DNA from: Prorocentrum cordatum | Lineage: Eukaryota | Direction: 5' to 3' | Assembly (NCBI GenBank): GCA_963575745.1 | Contig: CAUYUJ010000167.1 | Coordinates: 62,001-117,299, forward strand | DNA length: 55,299 bases | Part shown: piece by piece, positions 10,780 to 21,535 of the stretch | Layout: the number at the start of each line of letters is the position of its first letter | Position numbering within the stretch: position 1 is the stretch's first letter | Notes under the pieces: generated by a model | Database searches by the model: none | What the model was told of the DNA's origin: nothing | Seen by the model: only the letters and a program-made list of their open reading frames with translations | Program-made: the position numbers and the translations under genes

Positions 10780-11680
10780 CTGGCAGCCTGCAGCTTGGTC
10801 GCTCTACGAACTCGAGCGGCCTCACGGTTGAGCCGAGCGCGTTCCGACTGCGCTGGTGTGAGTTCGGGCGGTGGTGGACCCAGCGGGGGCGGTTCCTCAG
10901 GGAGGACTCCGGGCCGAATCGAGGGCGTCGGCTGTCGATTTCTCGGTGGCAGCACCAGGGAGTGACCTTGGCGTGGGCTCGACACCACTGTCGGGCCCTT
11001 CGGAGCGGCCAGGGGGCCGAAATCGATACTTCTCGGGGTCGCAGCGGCGACGCCTGGGGCAGGCCCCCCCCGTCGATAACATCCGAGGCACAACCTGCAA
11101 CAGATCCAGGATCCAAGCGTTCTGGCCGTGTGAGCAGCAGCCATGGCCCGGCGCGTCCGTGAGGCAGTCGTGGAGCTGCTCCATGCAAAGGCCAAGAAAC
11201 CTAGTCGGAGTTATGGCGATTTGGCTGAAGCCGCACTGATCAAGGTCGACCGCGCGTGCGAGAGGCGCCAGCATGAACGCTTGAATCGGGGGCTCATGAG
11301 AAGGAGCTTGGCGCCCGCGCCTCCCGCTCACATGGCTGAGGATGTTCCGTTCACCCGCTAGAGCGGACCTGGGCGTGCTACGGCAACGGTGTAACATGAA
11401 CAATGCGAAGCGCATTGCCGATGTGAAGCTGGCGCGCTTCACGGGCCGCGGCCGCGAAGATTGCGCTGTAGGCATCGTGCCTTCGTCTGGGTGAAGGTCC
11501 AATTCCAATTGTCCACGGCGCGGGCGACCAGGTGTTTTTGGGTGGTGGCCCCGCCCGTGGGGAACGTGCGCCGCGCCAAGACATGAGGTGACCAGAAAGC
11601 CAAAGCGTCGGTCCTGCTAAGGCCTCCTTTGTCCACGTCCAGGGCGACGTCCCCACTGGGGACAACGATGGTAACGTCTG
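10780..11680 (-). pseudogene. decayed C5 cytosine-methyltransferase-like ORF of the type carried by dinoflagellate retrotransposons
   Basis: Across frameshifts: VVPSGDVALDVDKGGLSRTDALAFW / AGPPPKNTWSPA..GPSPRR..REARQLHIGNAL / DLDQCGFSQIAITPTRFLGL..GCCSHG. This resembles, from memory, the pattern VLSLD..GDL..FW..GGPPCETWS..GN..DQC.FG..PT. The catalytic Cys is lost. Confidence 0.6.
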
Positions 11681-13110
11681 CAGACTAGCGCGCCCGCTCT
11701 AGCTGGGCCTTGGGGATCGCCGTTGCGCCGTCTCCCTCGGGATGGGTGCGCAATGGTGGATTCGCGCGCTTCAAATGGCACAGGAACATAATTTCCATGC
11801 GTCCTGCGTGCTCTGCTGCGCGAGAGAGGTCCGCCTGATTTCGGGCAGGCAGGTCAGCGCCTGTCGGCGGGCCCCGCGGCGGCTGGGCAGGTCGTCCGAG
11901 CAGGCTGAGCAACGCATCTCGTGCTGTGTCCGAGGGCGCCGGGCGGGTTCTAGCAGGGTGGCCGGTGTTTGCGCTGGCGTGAGCTGCGCGTGCAGATCAT
12001 GGCCTCGGTCTTCACGGCTGGCGCCCAGTCGGCGCGAGAACTCGCTTGCAAAGCTCGGCATGCGTGGGCGCCTAGGCCGCGCCCCTTCGGCGGGGCCCAA
12101 ATTCGCGCCGATGACCCAACGGGCGGGGTTTCGATGGACAAATGGTCGACCAGGAGGTCCCCGTTGTGGAAGATTCGGAAGCGCGCTTGGCAGCGGGGGG
12201 AAGCCAGCGCTCGCCTGCGGGCGAAAAGCGAGAATGCTGCCCGCGAGCTTTCGCGACGTGGTTCCGCGGCCTCTTGGCCTTGGTTAGCTGCCGCTGGCAA
12301 TGTGGGCGCTGGGGGCTGGCGGGCGGCCGCTGAAGCGAGGCCGCGAGCCGCTCGACGGGCTCGCTGACGAGGTGCCATCCTGCGCAGCGGCAGCTTTCTG
12401 GATTCGAGCATGGCATGTTGCGTCTGCGCGAAGCCCAAAAAAGGATCGGACGGTCCCATCGAACGTAGGATTGCGCGACGCAGTGCCCCCGGCGCGCAAG
12501 ACCCTGCGGCATGGGCAGGAAAATCGCTGAGGTCAGCCGTTTATTTCTGCAGCCTGCGAAGATCATCGAGCATCGAGTGTGGCCTAGCCGTCGGTTGTAA
12601 AACTATACAACGCAATCCGCTTCGCATCCTCGAGAAGGGAAGCTCGTCCAAGAAGAGCAAAATTTCCAGTGGTGCGCCGCGCGGCAGCGCTGAAAACAAC
12701 CGAGGCCGACGGGCTCGCAGCCAGACTTCAGGCCGAGGGCGATTGGCCGCGGCCAGAATGCGATCGCCAGAGAGATTCTGGGCGGGGGGGGGGGGCGTCG
12801 AGCAACCTGGGGCCGCTGCGCGTCCGGGAGGGGCGCCACTGCGTGAACGTGGTCTCCCGCGGCGGCCGCGGGGGGGGGGCTCCTGCGTCGAATGCGCTCC
12901 CAGAGAGGGCCGCGCTGGGGCCCCCGTGGACCTTGCGCTGCAGCGCTTCCGCCCACAAGGCCAGAGCAGACCTTCTGAACCCCGGGGGAAATTCTTCACG
13001 CTTCGCGTATCCCCACCAGCCCATCTCAAAACAGCAACTCTTGCGAAGCATGCCGACAGTCGTGTTTTTCAGGCGTGTTTCCGCCTGCCCCCGCATATCT
13101 CCGGGCCTCT

Positions 13111-13492
13111 CGTCCTGGTGTGAGTCGTTCGGGCCCTTCTTCCTGGTGTGAGTCGTTCGGGCTCTTCGTCGTGGTTTGAGTCGTTCGGGCTCTTCGTCCT
13201 GGCGTGAGTCGTTCGGGCTTCTCGTGGTGTGAGTTGTTCGGGCCCTTCGTCCTGGTGTGAGTCGTTCGGGCTCCTCCTCCTGGTGTGAGTCGTTCGGGCT
13301 CCTCGTGGTGTGAGTCGTTCGGGGCCCTCGTCCTGGTGTGAGTCGTTCGGGCTCCTCGTGGTGTGAGTCGTTCGGGCGCCTCGTCCTGGTGTGAGTCGTT
13401 CGGGCCCCTCCTTGTGGTGTGAGTCGTTGGGGCTCTTCGTGGTGTGAGTCGTTCGGGCCCCTCGTCCTGGTGTGAGTCGTTCGGGCTCCTCG
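13111..13492. repeat. minisatellite, 14 units of 25/28 bp
   Basis: Core ggtgtgagtcgttcggg repeated. Confidence 0.9.
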
Positions 13493-14783
13493 TGGGGCCT
13501 CTTGGGGGCCTCTTGGAGCCTCGTGGGGCCTCTTGGGGGCCTCTTGGGGGCCTCTTGGGGGCCTCTTGGGGGCTTCTTGGGGCCTCGTGGGGCCTCTTGG
13601 GGGCCTCTTGGGGGCCTCTTGGGGGCTTCTTGCGACCTCCTCAGAAGCGCAAAGGAGCGCTGCCCCCTGAGATGGACAAAATGAGCCCAAAACCTTCGTA
13701 AAATCAATGATTTTGCTATGAAGGAAGATGAGCGCGGCCCCCTCAGAAGGCCAGCATGGGGCCAAAACCATAGTAAAATCAATGATTTTGGCTTCAAAGA
13801 AGAGCAGGGGGGCCAAACTGCGTCCCCCCGTCGGGGCCAGAATCCTCGTGAGGCTCGTCGTTTTTTGGCCCTCCCAGGAGTCGGAAAAGACCCCCCTGAC
13901 ACCACCCGGGACTCCCTGTCCAGGTCCAGGGGGAGGGGGTAGGGGGAGGGGTAAACCCCTCCCCGAAGGGGAAGATAGGGGGTTAGGGGGTTGAGAACAG
14001 AGAGAGCTCGCTAAACCACTCACGCCCAAAGGGCTGGTGGGATTTCATTCGCGCCGCGTTTAATCTTCGTCGCCGCAGCGAGCTCCCTCACGCTTCGCGC
14101 GCCCCTCCAGAGTCAGATCGCCGGGCGAGCTGCCTCGGCCCGGTAAGTGCAGAAGCATGCAGAAGTGTTTTCGTGGCGGTCTTTTGGGGCCTTCTTGGTC
14201 TTTCTTGGGGTCCTCGCGGGGTCGCCTGGCACTCGCCCCGCCTTTTTTTCTGTGTGTTTTCGGGGTTTCCTGGGGTCATCTCGTGGCTCTGCGGGGGGTC
14301 TGGGAAGCCCCTCGGGGCCGCCTCGGCCCCCGAGGCTCGAGTGGCGAGGGGGGGAGGTCGGATTCGCTGCTGAAAATGGCGTCTTGAGGCGTCTGGGGCC
14401 GTTCTTGAAGTGTTCTTGCGCGTGCTGGGGGCCCTCGCGGGGCTCATCCGGGCCCCGCTCGGGGCTCTCTCGGGTTGTCTCGGGGCCGTCTGTTGGGAGC
14501 GGCAAGGCGAAAGCAACGAGCGACGATTTCCTGGGGCCGAGGGGCCATGGCGGAGGCGGAGGCGGAGGCGGCGGCGGAGGAGGAAGAGGCGGAGGAGGAG
14601 GAGGAGGCGGAGGAGGAGGTCGAGGACCAGGACGAGGAGGAGGAGGAGGAGGAGGAGGAGGAGGAGGAGGAGGAGGAGGAGGAGGAGGGGATGAGGCGGA
14701 GGCGGAGGCGGAGGCGCGGCGCAGGCGGAGGCGGAGGCGGTGGCGGCGGGCTGCGGCGGCGGTGGAGAAGGAGGAGGAGGAGG

Positions 14784-14818
<35 letters not shown>

Positions 14819-15574
14819 GAGGGAGGAGGAGGAGGAGGAGGAGGAGGAGGAGGAGGAGGAGGAGTAGGAGGAGGCGGAGGAAGAAGAAAAGGAAGACGAA
14901 GACAAAAACGAAAACGAAGACGATGACGAACTCGAATATTAATACTAATGCGAATATTGATAACACACTCATACAAATCATGATCATGCTAATACTTCTA
15001 CTAATACTACTAGTAACAGTAATGATCGTCATCGTATTAAGAATAATAAGAATACTAAGAGGAATACTTATAGGAAGAGGAAGAGGAATATGACAACTAA
15101 TACAAATAGTAATAATATTCAGAATGAAGAGGAGGAGGAGGAGGGCGAGGATCGAGGATCGAGGAGCGAGCAAGAGTAGGAGGTTCGAGGATTGAGGGTG
15201 TTGGAAGTCTGGGCTTCCGGAGACCTTTCAGGGATCTCCGTGGACTTTTGTGGGCTCCAGGCTCTTCCGTGGCAGAGCTTCGGGCTGCGTGCAGGCAGCC
15301 CCCCCAGGTAGTCCCAGCCGGGACTACTCGGAGGGCCTGTTAAGGCCAGCTGGCACTACCCGGGGGTGCTGCCTGTGCAGAACCCGAAGCCTTGCCAATC
15401 ATCCACGGGGCCCTCCTAGACCCCAGGGCACCACTGGAGACCCTGGACCTCTGGGGACTGGGAGCTCCGACGAGCCTTAAGTCGGGCAAGAATAGACTGC
15501 TCTGTTGACTATTGTGGCATATTGCGGAGGCCTAACGGCCGGTGCCGCCGACCCTGAAGACGACGAAGATGAAA

Positions 15575-15674
15575 NNNNNNNNNNNNNNNNNNNNNNNNNN
15601 NNNNNNNNNNNNNNNNNNNNNNNNNNNNNNNNNNNNNNNNNNNNNNNNNNNNNNNNNNNNNNNNNNNNNNNNNN
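15575..15674. other. assembly gap (100 N) inside PPKL intron 4
   Basis: Run of N. Confidence 1.
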
Positions 15675-16224
15675 AAGGAGGAGGAGGAGGAGGAGGAGGA
15701 GGAGGAGGAGGAGGAGGAGCAGCGAGAGGAAGCGAGTAGGAGCAACCAATTCTGGAGGCCTCGGCTCTCGACGGAAATGGGAGGGATAGGGCGGTGACAA
15801 AACCTCTCCGAAAATCAATGAGTATGGCCTCTCCGGGCCTTCTTGAGAGTCCTTGTAGGGCTCTTTTGACCCGTCTGAGGGCCCCCTTTGGCCGTCCTTA
15901 GGCGTTCTTGGGCCGTCTTGTGGGGCTTGGGCCGTCTTGGGGCGCTCTTGCAGATCCGTCGTGCCGACCCCCCCCCCTCCTCCAGCGCATCTACAGAGGG
16001 CCACTCTGTAAAAGCCGCAAACGGGGGATGCGTATCTGGGTGGCGACCCCCCCCTGGGACCCCGCCCCCACGGGACCCCCCCCCCCCGGCGGGGAAGGGA
16101 TCAAAGGGAAGGGGCTTACTTGGACGCATTTACGACGTTGCTCAGTTTCGTTTTGGTTGGCGCGCTTGAGGAGGAGGGGGGGGGGGGGCTCAGGGAAAGG
16201 GCGGGTAGCGCCACACGCCGACAG

Positions 16225-16295
16225 GGTCGGCGGATCTGTTGACGATTCTTTGAGTTGTCTGCCAGATATCCGCCTGTGGGGGGACATGCCCGACC
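16225..16295 (+). mobile_element. family A copy 6 (internally deleted)
   Basis: ggtcgg ... atccgcctgtggggggacatgcccgacc. Confidence 0.7.
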
Positions 16296-16977
16296 CGGCA
16301 CGAGCCCTTCGGAGAGCCAGACCTCCGACGCTTCGATGCCTCTCTGGCCGCTGCGCTTTTTTCCCCCCCACATGTCGGCCGCGGGGTGCCCTCTGGTGGG
16401 TCCCGTGGCCCATCAGGCAGGGGGTGCCCTCTTGGTGGGTGTCCTCTTGTGGGTCCCATGGTCCCTCTTGTGGGTGCCCTCTCGTGGGTGCCCTCTCGTG
16501 GGTGCCTCTTGTGCTGCCGAAAACAAGCCTGGTCCTGGGGGCGGGGTCGAGAGGTTTCGGGGCCCAGAGTCGCGGAAAGATCACGGCCGTCGGCCTGGCA
16601 CGCGGTACCTTCAGGCTCGCGCTCGGGCCACTTTGCAGGCACAGCCCCGACCTTGAGAGCGCCGCGCGAGGGTGCAGTGCCACCCGACGCCGCCGCCGTC
16701 GTCGTCGCCGTGGTGGTCTGTCTCGTAGGGGAGAGAATAGCATGAGCATTCACTTTCGGAGCTCAGCGCGAATTTCTTTGCTCGGAGCTGGCCCGCGTCC
16801 CTGGCGCGCGGAGCCGTCGTCGCCGTCGTCGTCGTGGCCGTCGCCGCCGGCGTCGCCGCCGTCGTCGTTCTCGCCGCCGCCGCCGCCGTCGCCGTCGTCG
16901 TCGTGGCCGCCGCCGTCGTCGTCGTCGTCGTGGCCTGTCGCCGCCGTCGCCTGCCCGGCCGCCCGCGCGCGCGCGAG

Positions 16978-17090
16978 CGGACGAGCGGCACCGCCTGGGA
17001 TCCGGTGGTGGTGAACCAGCGGCCGCCCACGCCGCCGCGGGCGGTGCGCCGCCCCAGCCGTCGGGGGGGAGGGGGGGAGGAGCCGCCCCG
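16978..17090 (+). CDS. PPKL: PPKL C-terminal exon RTSGTAWDPVVVNQRPPTPPRAVRRP... (3' boundary uncertain)
   Basis: Conserved C-terminal W...RPPTPPR motif of PPKL/BSL proteins. AG at 16976-16977, phase 0. Candidate GT donors at 17091 and 17095. Confidence 0.8.
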
Positions 17091-17143
17091 GTGGGTGTCG
17101 GGCGCGCCGCGTGCTCCGCGCCGCCCTCCTCGTGCGCCACGGG

Positions 17144-17517
17144 AGCCGGGCCTGTCCCTCTGCAGGAGGGATGTTCAAGAATAGGGACAAAGAAAGTTTT
17201 GGACGACCGGAATGGGCATGGAAAGAATGGGTACAGTGCCCAACAGCGGTTCTTGTTCATTCGGACCAGGACTCGCTGGCCACGCCGCCGTGGCCTGTGT
17301 AATTACACTGGAGACAGGAGGCCGCCCGCCCAACAGCGGCCGCTGTTGGTTTGGGGCAACATTTGTTGTTGGGCATCGTACCCATTTTTTGGGGACCCAT
17401 GTCGGGCGTCCCAAAAAGTCGGGGTACCATTTTTGGAGCATGATTTCAGCATTTCTGGGTATCTTTGTTTCCTGGACTGTTCGTCCAGAATCCTACTGTA
17501 GGGGGACATGCCCGACC
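17144..17517 (+). mobile_element. family A copy 7, interrupted by a family B element (17200-17412)
   Basis: A halves flank a complete B element. Confidence 0.85.
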
Positions 17518-17947
17518 TAACGGAAGACGGGTCCTGAGGAGGGAAGTGCGTCCTCGTTGTCGTTGTCATCGTCGTGAGCGCTGTTGTCGTGGTGATCGTT
17601 GTGATCGCTGTGATCGTTGTGGTCGTTGTTGTCGTTGTGATCGTTTTGTTCTCGTTGTCATCGTTGCGATCGTTGGGATCGTTGTTATCGTTGTGCTCGT
17701 TGCTATCGTTGTCACGGTTGTGGTCGTTGCTCGTCGTCGTGATCGTTGTGGCCGTTATCGCTGTGATCGTTGTGATCGTTGCTATCGTTGCCAGCGTTGT
17801 TACCGTTATCGTTGTGATCGTGTTGATCGTTATCGTTGATCGTTGTTCTCGTTGTTACCGGTGTCCTGCGGGCAAACGGGTGCCGAGGCTTCTCGCCGCT
17901 GTCGGGACCTCGGGGCCCTCCACGGATGGGCCCCGGGGCTGGTCTTG

Positions 17948-18013
17948 CGTCGGGCACGCCCCTCCACGGGAGGAAGACTCAACAACAGTTGAACCTAGTC
18001 TGGGGGCGAGGTC

Positions 18014-18051
<38 letters not shown>

Positions 18052-18114
18052 GGCTGTCTCTGGCAATCTCCAGTCTCTCTTCCGAATCCCGCCCGCAGGA
18101 GGGCATGCCCGCCC
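17948..18114 (+). mobile_element. family A copy 8, with internal (AT)n
   Basis: gtcgggcacgcccctccacgggagg ... cccgcaggagggcatgcccgcc. Confidence 0.75.
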
Positions 18115-18422
18115 CGACCCTGGCCCCCGGGGGAAGGCCCCCGGGCCCAGGACCCGTGCCCCTCGGGACCCGCCCCCCCCCCCTCCTGCCCGTGCCTTCG
18201 GCCTGGCGCGCGGCGCGCGGCCCCGTCGGGGGCCTCTCGCCGCTCCGCCGGCGAGGCAGGGCGGAGCCGAGCTCTCGGCGCCTCCGCCCCCGCCCCCGCC
18301 GCTGCCCCTCGGGCGGGGGGGGGGCGGGCAGCGGGCGCTCCGCCTGGCCCGCGGCCAGAGGCCATTGGCCAGCCCGTGCCGTGCCGGCTCCATCCCCCGC
18401 CCCCGCTCGCGGCGAGGGCGAG

Positions 18423-18426
18423 GTGA
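18423..18426 (+). CDS. PPKL: possible PPKL terminal coding bases (G + TGA stop)
   Basis: cgag|G TGA completes the Arg codon if donor 17091 is used. Inference only. Confidence 0.3.
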
Positions 18427-19399
18427 GCCACGGGGAGGAGGAAGAGGGAGGACGAGGCGGCACGGACGAAACGGGTACGGAGAGACTGGGTGCAATGCCC
18501 CCAGCAGCAGTTCTTGTTCATTCTGGGCAGGACTCGCCGTCCGCGCCGCCGCGGCCTGTGTCTGCTTGAGACAGAAGGCCGGCTGCCCAACAGCGGCCGC
18601 TGTTGGCTTGGGACAACATTTGTTGTTGGGCATTGTACCCATTTTTTCCGTACCCATTTCGGGCGTCCAAAAAGAAGACCAACCGGATCGCCGAGAAAAG
18701 GAGAACGGGGACGTCCTTCTCGTCCTTGTCGGGCCGGCCGGCTTTCTCTACGCCTCTTCCCTCGCTTCGGGTGTTGCTAGAAGTGCCCCTTGCCCAAGGT
18801 GCCCCCAGCGTTTCGCTCCGTTTTGGAGCCCCTGGGGCCCTCTGGGCCTCGCGAGGGGTGCCCTGGAGGCCGTCCGGGCCACCCTGAGAATCCTGGGGGT
18901 ACCTTGGGCCAGGGGTACTTCTAGCACCCCCCGATCTACCGTCATGGACGACTGGCGATTGACGCTTGGTAGTGCGCTGCTGGCGCACGGCCAGCGCCGC
19001 TCACAGCACGAGCACCACCAGGGGCGCCAGCCGTCCCTGGTCTGTGGCAGCGGTGGTGAGCGGCAGGCCCATCACTGAGGCCAGCAGCTGAACTTTTCAG
19101 CACCGTTTTGGGGCCCCCAGGGAGGCTCACGCGGCACGCGCCGAGATCGACCATCTTGGGTCTCAAGAGCCAGGGCGCCGGATCTTGCAGGATCCTGCAG
19201 GGCCGGGGGCGCATTGACCCGGGTTTGGGTGCAGGTTCCTGCAGGATCCTGCTGGGCCAGGGTCGCACTGACCCGGGTTTGGGTGCAGGACCCTGTATGA
19301 TCTTGCAAGGCCCGACTGACCCGGGTGTGGACTGACCCGGGCCAGAGGGTCCCCGACCATCGACGCTCGATCCATAGCCCTGCTGTTGCGCTCACCCTT

Positions 19400-19633
19400 C
19401 AAGCAGTGGCGAAGCGTCCTGGCTCGCCTATATGCCCACCAAATAATGTTATAAAACCTGTTGCGGTTTACACGAGATGTTCTTAGAACATGTATGGCTG
19501 AGTCTGGTTTGTTTTAACACATCGGGTTCATGTTCTAAGACAACTGTTTGTTATGAGAACATGTCTCGCTTCTAGGGACATGTCGTGGCAGGCCTATAAA
19601 AATGCCAGGACGGTCGGTCCCTGCTCAAACCCT
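19400..19633 (+). mobile_element. family K element with tgttctaagaaca sub-repeats; second copy at 45143-45380
   Basis: Two colinear copies with cgtcctggc / gccaggacg inverted ends. Confidence 0.75.
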
Positions 19634-20344
19634 GGGCATTAGGAGAAGCATACACCTTAGGCGATGCTTAAGAAAACTTAATTTTTCGGCCAGAGTCTCG
19701 ATTATTCTTAATGTTTCAATGTAGATCCTAATATCTGAATAGACATTCTGGGTTTTTATTTAAGTTCTGAGACTATGAATTTCTGAACCCATGATTTCTC
19801 AAGCATTTCGCAGGGTGTAGGGCACGGAGAGCAAGCGCGGCCCCAGAGGCCAGCTCTTGCATCCGTGCCGCCGCTCCAGCGCTCTGGCGCTCGCGTGGCG
19901 TGGATCGGCCACACGCAGAGAGGGGGTATTCTGGGCCTCCTCCTCCTCCTCCTCCTCCTCCTCTTTTCCTCCTCCTCCCCCTCCTCCTCCTCCTACTCCT
20001 TCTCCTCTTTTCCTCCTCCTCCTCCTCCTCCTCCTCCTCCTCCCCCTCCTCCTCTCCTCCCCTCTTTCCTTCTCTTTTCCTCCTCCTCCTCCTCCTCCTC
20101 CTCCTCCTCCTCCTCCTCCTCTCAGAGAGCTGGGGTCGTAGCAGATGGGTCGGAGGATCGGGCCGCGTCGCCGATGCATCGACGATGCGGCTCGAGGCGG
20201 AAGCCGAGTTTCTCCACGTCGGCGTCGCCGATGCGTCGCCCACGCCGGCGATGCATCGCCGAGACATCGCCAATGCGTTGGCGATGCGGCGCGACCCTCC
20301 GACCCCATTTGCTCGGACCCTATCAGGGAGGCCTCCAGGTATGG

Positions 20345-20465
20345 GGGAGGGGGGAAAGACCTCTCAGAAGCACCCCTGCTTCTTAGAAGGCGCGGGCCTT
20401 ATCCACAGATGTCAGGCCTGCGCCTTCTACGAAGCAGCCTCTCTCTGAGAAGCCTTCCCCCCTCC
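20345..20465. repeat. hairpin element; second copy at ~44340-44455
   Basis: cttagaaggcgc.ggcc...ggcc.gcgccttcta.gaagcagcc. Confidence 0.7.
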
Positions 20466-21535
20466 CCCTGCCCCCCTCGTGCTCGCCGGCAACTTGCAGT
20501 CGAGCAGGGTCATAAGGATGAGTCACTCTCCAGGGGTACCCTTGCAGCCTCGCCTCTCGGCCAGACCTCACAGTAAAGGCGGGTGGTCTGATTTTTGGGA
20601 GGTCTGATTTCAGCTGAAGGATTTTGAAGGATCCTGCTGAGCCAGGGGCCGTACTAACCCGGGCTCGGGTGCAGGATCCTGCAGGATCCTGCAGGATCCT
20701 GCAGGATTTTGCAAGGCCTGACTGACCCCGGTCTGGATTAACCCAGGTCAGAAGATCCCCGACCGAAGATCGAAGAGGAAACACGTTGCTTGACAAACGC
20801 TAGACGCTTCGCGCAACACCAGCCCATCCAGAAGCGTTGCCCAGACGAGTTGCCCTGATCAGACGTCGTACCCCAAGAGGGGGAGGATGGATGAGGAATC
20901 GGATCAGGAGCCAGAGGAGGAGGATGATGATGATGAGGAGGAGGAGGAGGAGGAGAACGAGGATTCGGAGGAGGATAATGAGGAGGAGGAGGAGGAGGAG
21001 GAGGAGGAGGAGGAGAGATATGAGGATGAAGGAGGAGGATCATGTTGTACAAAACGAGGAGGACAACAGGGATGTGTAGGAGCATGCAGTGGAATAACGG
21101 GGAAGCCGTCGTACCCAAGAGGGGGAGGAGAGAGGCGGAATCGTCGTCGTCGTCGTCGTCGTCGGAGAAGGAGGAGGAGGCGGAGGAGGAGGAGGATGAG
21201 CAGAATGGCCAGAGACCTCGTGGATGCTTCTCGGAGTCTCCTCGGATGTCTCCTGAAAGTTTCTTGGAGTCATCTTTGGCGGTCCTGGGGATCTCTTGGA
21301 GCGTCTTGGGGGGGGGAGGCCTCTTGGTGCCTTCCAGGAATCTCCTGGAAGCTTCTTGGGGGCCTTTTGTGGGCCCTCCTGGGTGCCTCCTGGGGCCCTC
21401 GTCGGGCACTCTTGGAAGCCTTGGGGCCCATCTTGGAAGAGATTGGCCAAAGAAGGGGGGGTCCTCGATTAGGCCCCCCCCGGAGGCCAACATCAGCCCA
21501 CAACCTTTTTAAACTCAACGCATCTTGCCCTCTAG

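Noticed and set aside
13111..13492. CRISPR-like regular repeat
   Set aside because: Inter-repeat segments are only 8-11 bp and similar to each other. There are no cas genes and the context is eukaryotic. It is a minisatellite.
12728..14029. 433-aa minus-strand ORF
   Set aside because: Made of minisatellite and GGCCTCTT repeat translations with no domain.
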